Assembly (NCBI GenBank): GCA_009779995.1
Contig: WRDW01000003.1
Location: forward strand, 2,392-66,391
Length of the DNA stretch: 64,000 nt
Reading direction: 5' to 3'
DNA from: Oscillospiraceae bacterium
Lineage (GTDB): Bacteria > Bacillota > Clostridia > Oscillospirales > Acutalibacteraceae
Part shown: piece by piece, positions 20,120 to 28,373 of the stretch
Layout of the letters: each line of letters starts with the position of its first letter
How positions within the stretch are numbered: the first letter of the stretch is position 1
Translations under genes and position numbers: made by a program
Notes under the pieces: model-generated
What the model was told of the DNA's origin: nothing
The model's database searches: none
The model's input: only the letters and a program-made list of their open reading frames with translations

Positions 20120-20146
20120 GCGGGCGGCAAGAATGCCGCCCCTACA
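20120..20146. repeat. REP-like 27-mer GCGGGCGGCAAGAATGCCGCCCCTACA
   Basis: Hairpin GGGCGGCA-agaa-TGCCGCCC. An identical 27-mer occurs at 37416-37442. Confidence 0.8.
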
Positions 20147-20184
20147 ATGAAATAAAAACAAAACTAGAAAAGGAGACCACAGCT

Positions 20185-21540
20185 ATGTCAGCGAAGAACA
20201 TCCCCAACCGCATCATTCTGCCCGAAAGCCAGGTGCCGCAGCAGTGGTACAACCTGCGGGCGGACATGAGAACCAAGCCCGCGCCCTTCCTGAACCCCGG
20301 GACGGGGGAACCCATGCGCGCCGAGGAACTGTACCCGGTGTTCTGCGAGGAGCTTGTCAGGCAGGAGATGGACGACGACACCGCGTTCATCGATATCCCC
20401 GGCGAGATCCTGGACTACTACCGCACCTACCGGCCCGCGCCGCTCCACCGGGCCTATCAGCTGGAGAAGGCCCTGGGCACCCCGGCGAAAATCTACTACA
20501 AGTTCGAGGGCAACAACACCTCCGGCAGCCACAAGCTCAACTCCGCCATCGCCCAGGCCTACTACGCCAAGCAGCAGGGCCTGAGGGGCATCACCACCGA
20601 GACCGGCGCGGGGCAGTGGGGCACGGCCCTCGCCATGGCCTGCACGCACTTCGATCTGCCCTTAATTGTGTACATGGTCAAGGGCAGCTTCACCCAAAAG
20701 CCCTATCGCCGCAGCGTCATCCAGACCTTCGGGGCGCGGATCGTCCCCAGCCCCAGCGACACCACCGACGCCGGGCGGGGCATCCTGGAGAAAATGCCCG
20801 ATACTTCCGGCTCTCTCGGCTGCGCGATCTCGGAAGCTGTGGAGAAGGCCGTGACGACGGAAGGCTACCGCTACGTCCTGGGCAGCGTGCTCAACCAGGT
20901 GCTGCTGCACCAGAGCGTCATCGGCCTGGAGGCCAAGGCCGCCATGGAATCCGTGGACGAATACCCCGACGTCGTCGTCGGCTGCGCGGGCGGCGGCTCG
21001 AATTTGGGCGGCTTGATCGCGCCATTTATGCAAGACAAGCTCACCGGCAAGGCAAATCCCCGCGTCGTCGCCGTGGAACCGGCCTCCTGCCCCAGCTTCA
21101 CCCGCGGGCGCTTCGCCTACGACTTCTGCGACACGGCTAAAATCACCCCCATGGCCAAGATGTACACCCTGGGCAGCGGCTTCATCCCCCGGGCCAACCA
21201 CGCGGGCGGCCTGCGCTACCACGGGATGTCCCCCATCCTCAGCCAGCTCTACCACGACGGCCTGATGGAGGCCATTTCCTGCGAGCAGACGAAGGTCTTC
21301 GAGGCGGCGGCGCTGTTCAGCAAGGCGGAGGGCATCCTCCCCGCCCCCGAGAGCGCCCACGCCATACGCGGTGCCATCGACGAGGCCCTGCTGTGCAAGG
21401 AGAGCGGCGAGGCGAAGACAATTTTATTCGGCCTGACGGGCACGGGCTACTTCGACATGAGCGCCTACGAGCAGTACCTCAGCGGCACGATGACGGACGA
21501 GATTCCCACGGACGAGGAGCTGAGGGCCTTTGAAGCGTAG
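20185..21540 (+). CDS. trpB: TrpB-like PLP-dependent enzyme (tryptophan synthase beta, TrpB2 type)
   Basis: ..KFEGNNTSGSHKLNSA..(PLP lysine)..GAGQWG..GCAGGGSN.. Start set to the ATG at 20185 behind AAAGGAG. The upstream part of the 508-aa ORF covers the T-box. Confidence 0.88.
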   Translation: MSAKNIPNRIILPESQVPQQWYNLRADMRTKPAPFLNPGTGEPMRAEELYPVFCEELVRQEMDDDTAFIDIPGEILDYYRTYRPAPLHRAYQLEKALGTPAKIYYKFEGNNTSGSHKLNSAIAQAYYAKQQGLRGITTETGAGQWGTALAMACTHFDLPLIVYMVKGSFTQKPYRRSVIQTFGARIVPSPSDTTDAGRGILEKMPDTSGSLGCAISEAVEKAVTTEGYRYVLGSVLNQVLLHQSVIGLEAKAAMESVDEYPDVVVGCAGGGSNLGGLIAPFMQDKLTGKANPRVVAVEPASCPSFTRGRFAYDFCDTAKITPMAKMYTLGSGFIPRANHAGGLRYHGMSPILSQLYHDGLMEAISCEQTKVFEAAALFSKAEGILPAPESAHAIRGAIDEALLCKESGEAKTILFGLTGTGYFDMSAYEQYLSGTMTDEIPTDEELRAFEA

Positions 21541-21596
21541 GGCACACAAAATTCTGTAGGGGGCGGCGTCCCCGACGCCCCAGGCATAGAAGGCCT

Positions 21597-21624
21597 GGGA
21601 CGTCCGGTCGTCCCCTGCTTTTTT
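21597..21624 (+). terminator. Putative terminator after trpB-like gene
   Basis: GGGACG-tccggt-CGTCCC, then CTGCTTTTTT. Embedded in REP-like sequence. Confidence 0.5.
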
Positions 21625-21664
21625 GCTGCTCCGCAAACGTCCCGGAGAAATTTCACTGCACCTC

Positions 21665-21693
21665 TTGACATATTGGACAATATACTGTACAAT
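21665..21693 (+). promoter_or_regulatory. Promoter of yefM-yoeB
   Basis: TTGACA, 17 nt, TACAAT. The spacer contains an imperfect palindrome that could be an autoregulatory operator. Confidence 0.55.
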
Positions 21694-21715
21694 AATAGGA
21701 AAGGGAGGTGTTGAA

Positions 21716-21979
21716 ATGATTGCAGCGAACTATTCTACCGCGCGCGACAATTTCAAACGGTTTTGCGACGCCGCCACGATGGATTTCGAAACGGTCATTA
21801 TCACCCGCAAGCAGGACGAAAATGTAGTGCTCATGTCGGAAAAGGAATACAACAACCTGATGGAAAACCTGTATGTCCGCTCCAACAAGGGGGATTACGA
21901 CCGGCTGTTGCGCTCCATCGCGCAGTTGAAAGCGGGGAAGGGCACGGCGCACGAGCCGATCGAGGTGGCCGATGCTTAA
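21716..21979 (+). CDS. yefM: Phd/YefM family antitoxin
   Basis: MIAANYSTARDNFKRFCDAA..ETVIITRK..NVVLMSEKEYNNLMENLY. SD GGGAGG. Confidence 0.85.
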   Translation: MIAANYSTARDNFKRFCDAATMDFETVIITRKQDENVVLMSEKEYNNLMENLYVRSNKGDYDRLLRSIAQLKAGKGTAHEPIEVADA

Positions 21980-22232
21980 GACTTGGTCGGACGAAGCCTG
22001 GGAGGACTACTTATATTGGCAAGCCGAAGACAAAAACATGGTCAAGCGCATCAACTTGCTTTTGAAGGACATCGAACGCGGCTCCTTTGACGGCATCGGC
22101 AAGCCCGAGCCTTTAAAACATGACCTGTCGGGCTTTTGGAGCCGCCGCATAACCGATGAGCACCGGCTGGTCTACACCGTGGAAAACGGGTGTATCTTCA
22201 TCGCCAAATGCCGCCGCCACTACAAGCCTTAG
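21972..22232 (+). CDS. yoeB: Txe/YoeB family toxin
   Basis: ..WSDEAWEDYLYWQ..DKNMVKRINLLLKDIERG.F.GIGKPEPLKH.LSGFWSRRIT.EHRLVY... 8-nt overlap with yefM. Confidence 0.88.
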   Translation: MLKTWSDEAWEDYLYWQAEDKNMVKRINLLLKDIERGSFDGIGKPEPLKHDLSGFWSRRITDEHRLVYTVENGCIFIAKCRRHYKP

Positions 22233-22335
22233 CCCGCCCCCCCACAGCCTTTTCCGGGCTGTGGCTTTTGGGCGAGATTGCTTCCCGCCGAAAAAACACA
22301 ACCAAATAAGAAATGAAGATATGGAGGAACCAACC

Positions 22336-23454
22336 ATGCAACAACCCGTAGGCTACAACCGCGAGCGCGCCGCCGCGCTCATGGAGAAGTACGGCCTGGA
22401 GGCCATGCTCGTCAGCTCGCCGCTGAACGTGTGGTACGTCACTGGCCTGCCCACGCTCCACGGCGCGCCCAACCCCATCCTGGAGGCCCTGAGCAACAAA
22501 TTCCCGAATTTCGCGTTCATCATGCGCGACGGCAGCACCATGATGCTGGGCTGGGTGGGCTTCATGAGCCCAGACGAGTTCTGCTGGGCCGACGACAGCG
22601 TGGCCATCTTCTCGAAGGAGATGCTGGACCTGCCCTCCACGCTGGAGGAGCTGGGCTTCACCGGCGGGCGCGTTGGAATCGAATCCGACATACCGAAGTA
22701 CGCCGCCGACAACCTGGCCGAGGGCGAGGGCGTGGAGCTTGTGGCGTGCGACGAGGTGTTGAACGAGCTGCGCCTTGTCAAATCCGAAGAGGAGATTGCG
22801 CGGCTGATCCGCTCCATGGAGATCACGCACGCCGTGACGGAGAAGTGCCTGGGCATCCTGAAGGAGGGCCTGATGGACAGCGAGCTCATCGAATTCGCCC
22901 GCAGGGAGATGCTCAATGAGGGCGCGGAGGACTGGAACCACTTTACCATCCGCTTCGGGGATTCCGACCCGGAGGCCCCGGGCATAGGCCGGGCGCTGCA
23001 GCGCGACGAGATCGTGCGGCTGGATCTGGGCGCGGTGTACAAGGGCTACGCCTCTGACCTGAACAAGCACGCCATCATAGGCGAGGCGGACGACGAGGCA
23101 CGGCAGGTGCTCGATGGCCTGGTGGCGCTCCAGCGGTTCTGCGAGGAGAACATCCGGCCCGGCGTGAACATGAATGAGCTCAGCGAAGCGGCCCTGGACT
23201 GGTACGACGAGCAGGGGGGCAGCGGCGCGGCCTACCTGATGGGCCACAGCATCGGCCTGCAGGTGGAGGACGCGCACCTCTTCGGCACCCTGGGCGGGCC
23301 GGATATGGAATTCGAGGAGAACATGGTCTTCGAGATCGAGGCCTGGGAGGACTACAGGGACACCAAGCTGGGCGTAGAGGACATGTACATGGTGACGGCC
23401 GACGGCTGCCGGAAATTGTCGTCCATGACGGCGGAGGTTTTTGAGATAGCGTAA
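22336..23454 (+). CDS. M24 family Xaa-Pro peptidase / creatinase-like
   Basis: Creatinase-like N-terminal domain plus pita-bread fold motifs (LDLGAVYKGYASD, GHSIGLQVED, MVFEIE). Start at 22336 behind GGAGG. Confidence 0.85.
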   Translation: MQQPVGYNRERAAALMEKYGLEAMLVSSPLNVWYVTGLPTLHGAPNPILEALSNKFPNFAFIMRDGSTMMLGWVGFMSPDEFCWADDSVAIFSKEMLDLPSTLEELGFTGGRVGIESDIPKYAADNLAEGEGVELVACDEVLNELRLVKSEEEIARLIRSMEITHAVTEKCLGILKEGLMDSELIEFARREMLNEGAEDWNHFTIRFGDSDPEAPGIGRALQRDEIVRLDLGAVYKGYASDLNKHAIIGEADDEARQVLDGLVALQRFCEENIRPGVNMNELSEAALDWYDEQGGSGAAYLMGHSIGLQVEDAHLFGTLGGPDMEFEENMVFEIEAWEDYRDTKLGVEDMYMVTADGCRKLSSMTAEVFEIA

Positions 23455-23460
23455 GGCATA

Positions 23461-23486
23461 TAGAGACGCACTGCCGTGCGTCTCTA
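23461..23486. repeat. Hairpin repeat TAGAGACGCAC-tgcc-GTGCGTCTCTA
   Basis: Seen here and again at about 39889-39912 (AGACGCACTGCCGTGCGTCTCTAC). Confidence 0.75.
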
Positions 23487-23492
23487 CATAAA

Positions 23493-25007
23493 ATGGTTTC
23501 ACAGGGGGTATTTAATTTGGACCGACAGCTCCTGACCTATTCCAAAAAAGAGCGCAACACCTACCTGCTTTCCATGACGGGCCAGAACATCCTGTATGGG
23601 ATACTCAACGCCGCGCACGCCTACTTCCTGCAGTTTACGGTGCTCATCCCCGCCGCTTCCATAGGGGTCTTCATGGCCTGCGCCAGGGTCTATGACGCCC
23701 TCAACGACTCCGTCATGGGCGTAATTATGGACAGGACCAACACAAAGATCGGCAAGGCCCGGCCCTACCTGATCGCCGCGCCCCCGTTCATCCTCATCAC
23801 TACCATCCTCTGCTTCTGGGCTCCCTTCGGCACGTACACGCAGGCGAGTTCCACAGGCATGGTTGTCCTGTGGGCCGCCGCCGGGTATACGCTGTGGAGC
23901 ATGGCATACACCGTGGGGGATATTCCCCTTTGGGGGATCACCGCCCTGATCACCGAAAAGGACGCCGACCGCAACAAGCTCATATCCGCCGCCAATATCG
24001 TCAGCGGTGTAGGCATAGGCCTCGGCTTTATCGTGCAGCCCCTGGCCCTGGGCCTTGCCCCTGTCCTGGGCAGCGAGATGAACGCATTCCTGTTAATCGC
24101 GGTGATCTTTGCACTTCTCGGCAGCGGCTTGTTTCAAATCATCGGCTTCACCGCCAGGGAAAAAATAAGGCCCACGGGAAAGCCGGCGAAGATAAGGGAG
24201 AATTTCAAGATGCTGTGGAGCAACAAGCCCTTCCGGCAGATATTGATCTCAGGCGTGCTGGGCAGCCCCAAATCGCTCATCATGATCGCCATTTTCCCGC
24301 TGTTCACCTATTACTACGCCGCGAAAAACATACTCTACGTCATTGTGTATCTGGCGCTCATCGGCTCGGGTCTGTTTGTAGGGCAATACATTGCCATCGG
24401 CTCCGTGCCCAAGCTGCTTGAAAAATTCTCGAAAAAGATACTCTACAATTACTCCAATCTCGTCGCGGTGGTCCCCAGCGCGCTGATTTTCGTGCTGTAC
24501 CTGATAAACCCCCAGGGCATGACGGGCTGGCTGTACGTAATCCTGACGGCGATGTGCTTCCTCTTCGTGGGCGTCGGCATGGGAGTCCCCATGGTGCTGC
24601 AGTCGGTCATGATCGCCGACTGTGTGGATTACCAGGAATATCAGAGTGGCCTGCGCCCTGACGGCGTGTTCTTCGCGGGGCAGACCTTCATCGCCAAGCT
24701 GCAGGCCGCCATGGCCACGATCATCAGCGGCTTCGCCTTCGCCATCGTGGGATTTTCGGATGTGGCCATAGAAAAAGTGAACGAGTTCATCGAGGCGGGG
24801 GGCATCCCCCGCACCGAGCCCGAATTCCAGCCCTACATGATGATCCTCTTCTTCCTGGTGAGCGTCCCGCCGGCGATAGGCTACCTCATCAGCGTTTTGC
24901 CCACCTGGCGCTACGCCCTGGACACCGCAGAGCACAAGCGCATCCTGGAGGAGCTCAACGCGAGGCGTGGGGCGCGGGGGGCGGAGGAGGTTGCGCGGAG
25001 CGGCTGA
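23493..25007 (+). CDS. GPH-family (MelB-like) glycoside/cation symporter, MFS fold
   Basis: 12-TM profile. DRTNTKIGKARPYL is the GPH signature. Confidence 0.85.
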   Translation: MVSQGVFNLDRQLLTYSKKERNTYLLSMTGQNILYGILNAAHAYFLQFTVLIPAASIGVFMACARVYDALNDSVMGVIMDRTNTKIGKARPYLIAAPPFILITTILCFWAPFGTYTQASSTGMVVLWAAAGYTLWSMAYTVGDIPLWGITALITEKDADRNKLISAANIVSGVGIGLGFIVQPLALGLAPVLGSEMNAFLLIAVIFALLGSGLFQIIGFTAREKIRPTGKPAKIRENFKMLWSNKPFRQILISGVLGSPKSLIMIAIFPLFTYYYAAKNILYVIVYLALIGSGLFVGQYIAIGSVPKLLEKFSKKILYNYSNLVAVVPSALIFVLYLINPQGMTGWLYVILTAMCFLFVGVGMGVPMVLQSVMIADCVDYQEYQSGLRPDGVFFAGQTFIAKLQAAMATIISGFAFAIVGFSDVAIEKVNEFIEAGGIPRTEPEFQPYMMILFFLVSVPPAIGYLISVLPTWRYALDTAEHKRILEELNARRGARGAEEVARSG

Positions 25008-25060
25008 CCGCCTTCGGCGCAAGAGGCATAGCAGTGAGGTATCTCACAACGGGAATAGTA

Positions 25061-25630
25061 TCACGGCCTGCCTGTGCGCAGCGCCGCCAGAACTTTGCCT
25101 TCGATGTGGGCCGCCGTGATGGGGCCGAAGCTGCGGGAATCGTCGGAGCTTTCGCGGTTATCGCCCAGGACGAAATATTCGCCCTCCCCCAGCAACAGGG
25201 GGAAGGCCACGCTTTGGCCGCGCTCGGTACGGCCCTGGGCGTAGGGCTGCTCCAGGGGTGCGCCGTTGACGAAGACGCCCAGGGCCCCGATGTCCACCGC
25301 GTCGCCCGGGACGGCGACGACCCGTTTTAAATATTTGCGTATGCTTGTGCCGCCTGTGCGCTGCGCAACCTCCGCTTTTAAAATAACGACGTCGCCGGGT
25401 CTGTAATTCCGCCCGAGGCGCGAGAACAGAACCAGGTCGCCGCCGCGGAAGGCGGGGTTCATGGAATCCCCGTGCACGGCGGCCACGCCGAACAGCAGGC
25501 CGAACAGGAGCAGCGTGCCAGCCAAGGCCGCGCCCGCGCTGAGCGCCAGGCGACGCCAGCTGCCGCGCCGCACCAGGGCGCGCCCCCTCTCCCGCAGCAC
25601 CTCGGAGGGGGTGGTTTGCGTCGTACTCAT
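25061..25630 (-). CDS. lepB: Signal peptidase I
   Basis: GDSMNPAF (Ser box), GDVVILK, VLGDNRESSDDSR. Confidence 0.9.
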   Translation of the reverse strand: MSTTQTTPSEVLRERGRALVRRGSWRRLALSAGAALAGTLLLFGLLFGVAAVHGDSMNPAFRGGDLVLFSRLGRNYRPGDVVILKAEVAQRTGGTSIRKYLKRVVAVPGDAVDIGALGVFVNGAPLEQPYAQGRTERGQSVAFPLLLGEGEYFVLGDNRESSDDSRSFGPITAAHIEGKVLAALRTGRP

Positions 25631-25639
25631 CCCGTCCCC

Positions 25640-26053
25640 CTAGTATGTGTAGGCCTGCGGGGCGCAGGTTTGCGGCGTATACGGTTGCTGCGCCCAGGGG
25701 TCGCAGGCCCCCCAGGGATTCTGATACGTCTGCGGCTGCATCTGCTGCATCAGCTGCGCGTGCTGCTGCTGCGGCCAGGACGGCGGCGGCATGACCCACT
25801 GCCGGGCGCTTTGCGCATCCCCGGCGCGCAGGCGGGCCTCGGCTTCCGCCAGGCGGCGCGCGCTATCGGCCGCCTGCCGCATAAACGCGCTGACGACGGC
25901 CTCGTATTGCAGCGTGACCGCCGAAAAGTGCTCAAGAACGCTCTCAGGATCGACACCGCCGAATAGTTTCCTGCGAAATTCCATCTTGCGCAGGTATTCG
26001 GCGATGTTCTGAATCTCGGGCAGGTGTCGCAGCTCCTTCAATTCATCTTTCAT
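25640..26053 (-). CDS. DivIVA-domain-like protein with Q/P-rich tail
   Basis: ..FRRKLFGGVDPESVLEHF.. resembles the DivIVA N-terminal motif. Coiled-coil segment, then a QQQHAQLMQQMQPQ tail. Start trimmed to MKDELKEL. Confidence 0.55.
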   Translation of the reverse strand: MKDELKELRHLPEIQNIAEYLRKMEFRRKLFGGVDPESVLEHFSAVTLQYEAVVSAFMRQAADSARRLAEAEARLRAGDAQSARQWVMPPPSWPQQQHAQLMQQMQPQTYQNPWGACDPWAQQPYTPQTCAPQAYTY

Positions 26054-26087
26054 TGCTTCTTTACTTCCTTCTCCCCTGTTACCTACT

Positions 26088-26116
26088 ACCATAAATCATC
26101 GCGGCGCGGCTGTCAA
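26088..26116 (-). promoter_or_regulatory. Promoter for the DivIVA-like/lepB unit
   Basis: Minus strand: TTGACA, 17 nt, TATGGT. Confidence 0.45.
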
Positions 26117-26261
26117 GCCATATGGGGCTTTCACTTGCAAACATTGTCGCTTTTGGAGAAAAATTGGGAAGAAAAGGGATCTGCGGCGCGGCGCGCTGAC
26201 AGGTTTTTGGAGGAAAATGGGAAATATTCCGGATATGGGGGCCGGGCGCTGGCGATACGCC

Positions 26262-26400
26262 CCGCCCTCGCGAGGACCCCCCCGGTTCAACGTCCCTTTG
26301 GGACGCTGAACCTCCCCCCTCGCAGGCGAGGGGGGAAGGCCGTCAGGCCGGGGGGGCCTCGCGAGGGGGATGGCGCGAAGCGCCGGGGGTGTCCTCGCGC
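26262..26400. repeat. Cluster of GC-rich REP-like palindromes
   Basis: GTTCAACGTCCC-tttg-GGACGCTGAAC, CCCCCCTCGCAGGCGAGGGGGG, CCTCGCGAGG. The same families recur at 34005-34200 and 50367-50500. Confidence 0.7.
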
Positions 26401-26402
26401 GC

Positions 26403-26942
26403 TTACGCATTGTCCCAATCGTACTCAAAAGCAATCAGCGACAGCTTGCCGTTTGCGACGGCGACGTGCAGGATGCTCATGCCTTTTTTGAAGTAATAGT
26501 GGCCGTTTTCTTCCTCGTAGTCCGTGCCGTAGGCCGCGAACAGCGCCTCGGCCGTGCTGCCGATGGTGATGCCGCCGGGGATGCTGTATTTGTCGTTGCT
26601 GAGATCGATGCCGGAGATATAGTCCTCCCCCTGTTCGGGGTAGGTGACGGTGAGGGCGAAGCCGTCGTAATTGTAATTGATGTCCTTGGCCTTCTGCGCG
26701 CAGCTCTTGCACTCCAGCTCGTCCAGCGGCGCGCCCAGGGCGGCCTCCAGGGCCTCCAGGGCGGGCGCGGGCGGCGCGCCGATCTCCATGCGCACGCCTT
26801 TGGGCGCGAAGTAGAGCTCGCTCTGCGCGGGTTTCCCGCCGGACTGCGTGGTGGGGCTGGTGGTGGTTGGCTTGTTGTCGCCGCAGGCGGAGAGGGCCAG
26901 GGCGAGGAGGGCCGCGATAAAGAACGCGATTGTTTTTTTCAT
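26403..26942 (-). CDS. Lipoprotein, function unknown
   Basis: Lipobox MKKTIAFFIAALLALALSAC. Confidence 0.65.
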   Translation of the reverse strand: MKKTIAFFIAALLALALSACGDNKPTTTSPTTQSGGKPAQSELYFAPKGVRMEIGAPPAPALEALEAALGAPLDELECKSCAQKAKDINYNYDGFALTVTYPEQGEDYISGIDLSNDKYSIPGGITIGSTAEALFAAYGTDYEEENGHYYFKKGMSILHVAVANGKLSLIAFEYDWDNA

Positions 26943-26998
26943 GGGTGGGCTCCTTTTGATAAATTGTGCTTGGCTTTACCCTTTTCGCTCTGAATAGC

Positions 26999-27184
26999 AA
27001 AGCGGTCAGCCGCTCTGCGGATGCTCCCTCACCGCCTGCGGGCGGAGTTCCCTCACGGAGGGAGCCAGGGGTTTGTAACCGATGGTTGCAGGAAAATGCG
27101 AGAGAAAATTCCCCGGCTCCCTCGTGAGGGAGCTCCCCGCCTCGGGCGGGGTGAGGGAGCATCCGCGGAGCGGCTGACAGCTTT
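26999..27184. repeat. Nested palindromic (MITE-like) ~185-bp element
   Basis: ~45-bp terminal inverted repeats (..GGTCAGCCGCTCTGCGGATGCTCCCTCACCGCC.. / ..GGTGAGGGAGCATCCGCGGAGCGGCTGAC..) enclose a second inverted pair (CCCTCACGGAGGGAGCC / GGCTCCCTCGTGAGGG). Confidence 0.65.
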
Positions 27185-27206
27185 TCTATTAAAAGCGGGA
27201 ATAATT

Positions 27207-28322
27207 CTAATCGGCAAAAAATGTCCTAACCTCGCCTAATGCGGCGATTTCGCGCTCCTGGGCGGCGCGCATGGCGTGGTATTGCGCGCATTTCACTGCC
27301 CAATCCCGATCGAAGATTTCCTCGCCCCGGCGGTCTATCAATTCCGGGCAGTGGTCTTTCAAAAATTCGCCGAGGTACACGGCCATCTTCTCGGCGCCCT
27401 GGCGGTTGAGGTGCAGCCCGGCGTCGTAGGTGTCCAAGGCATAGTCTAACCCGATTTCGTCGGCTTTGTCAAGGGCATTGAGATAGGCGAGATTGTGCTC
27501 CAGGGCGTATTGGGCGATTTGCGCGTCCCATTCGCCGTACCAGTGGGGGGTGAGGCTGGGGGCCTTGAAAAGCACCAGCTGTATGCCGCGCGCCTCGCAC
27601 AGGGCGGCGATTTTATCGAGATATTCCCAGGCCATATCGCCGAAATCGTAGTTCGGCAGGAGCTTGGGCGGGGGGATCCAGCCTGCGGGCTTGACGTCGC
27701 TGCGCATGACGAAGCCCGCGATCCCCACCTGCCGCTTGGCGAAGTAGTGCTGCCAGTCCGTCCTGCCCAATTCGCTCCAGCGGCCGTGGAAGCGCAGCAG
27801 CGGCAGGACATACGAAGAGAAGCTCTCCTCCGGCAGCATGGAGGCCCGGACGGCGTCTGCTTTCGCGCGGGACCAGCGCAGGCCGTCCAGGGCCATGCGG
27901 TTGTAGGGCTCGATGTCCCTGGTCGGCGCGCCGTACATCATGGCAAGCACGCTGAGCAACACCACCTTGGGGGTCTCATAGCGCAGGGCGTCCTCCAGCA
28001 TGGCGAAGCTGTGCCACATGAGCTGCTTGGCGTTGCCCCGGATGAAGCTCGGAATGCCGAATTCCTCCCACAGCGTGATCGGCGAAATATTCTCATACAC
28101 CTCGCAGTCGCCTATAATCAGCAGGTCGTTGCGATGGCTGTCCTGATAGTATTCCCCGGTGAGCCTGCCCTCGCGGGACTCGGCCATATATTTTGGCATG
28201 AGGAGGTTCTGCGCGGCGGTGAGGGCGAGGAAGAATGTTATGCATAGGGCTAGGGATAGGATTTTTTTCAGCGGAGAGACCTCCTTTCGTGGCTTGAATT
28301 GTGACCGCTGCCGCCAGCTCAT
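27207..28322 (-). CDS. DltD-like / SGNH-like membrane-anchored protein
   Basis: N-terminal TM segment, LLIIGDCEVYE (block I-like), YDAGLHLN (block V-like). Last gene of the dlt-like operon. Start uncertain: ATG at 28322, or CTG at 28271 behind AAGGAGG. Confidence 0.65.
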   Translation of the reverse strand: MSWRQRSQFKPRKEVSPLKKILSLALCITFFLALTAAQNLLMPKYMAESREGRLTGEYYQDSHRNDLLIIGDCEVYENISPITLWEEFGIPSFIRGNAKQLMWHSFAMLEDALRYETPKVVLLSVLAMMYGAPTRDIEPYNRMALDGLRWSRAKADAVRASMLPEESFSSYVLPLLRFHGRWSELGRTDWQHYFAKRQVGIAGFVMRSDVKPAGWIPPPKLLPNYDFGDMAWEYLDKIAALCEARGIQLVLFKAPSLTPHWYGEWDAQIAQYALEHNLAYLNALDKADEIGLDYALDTYDAGLHLNRQGAEKMAVYLGEFLKDHCPELIDRRGEEIFDRDWAVKCAQYHAMRAAQEREIAALGEVRTFFAD

Positions 28323-28373
28323 CGCACGAGGGAGCATCGCGGAGCGACGTTCCTCGTGCGGCTTTGCCTGACG

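Noticed and set aside
20014-20184. The N-terminal 57 codons of ORF 20014..21540 (trpB-like).
   Set aside because: This region is the T-box core, the terminator and a REP element. The enzyme homology begins at the ATG at 20185, behind AAAGGAG.
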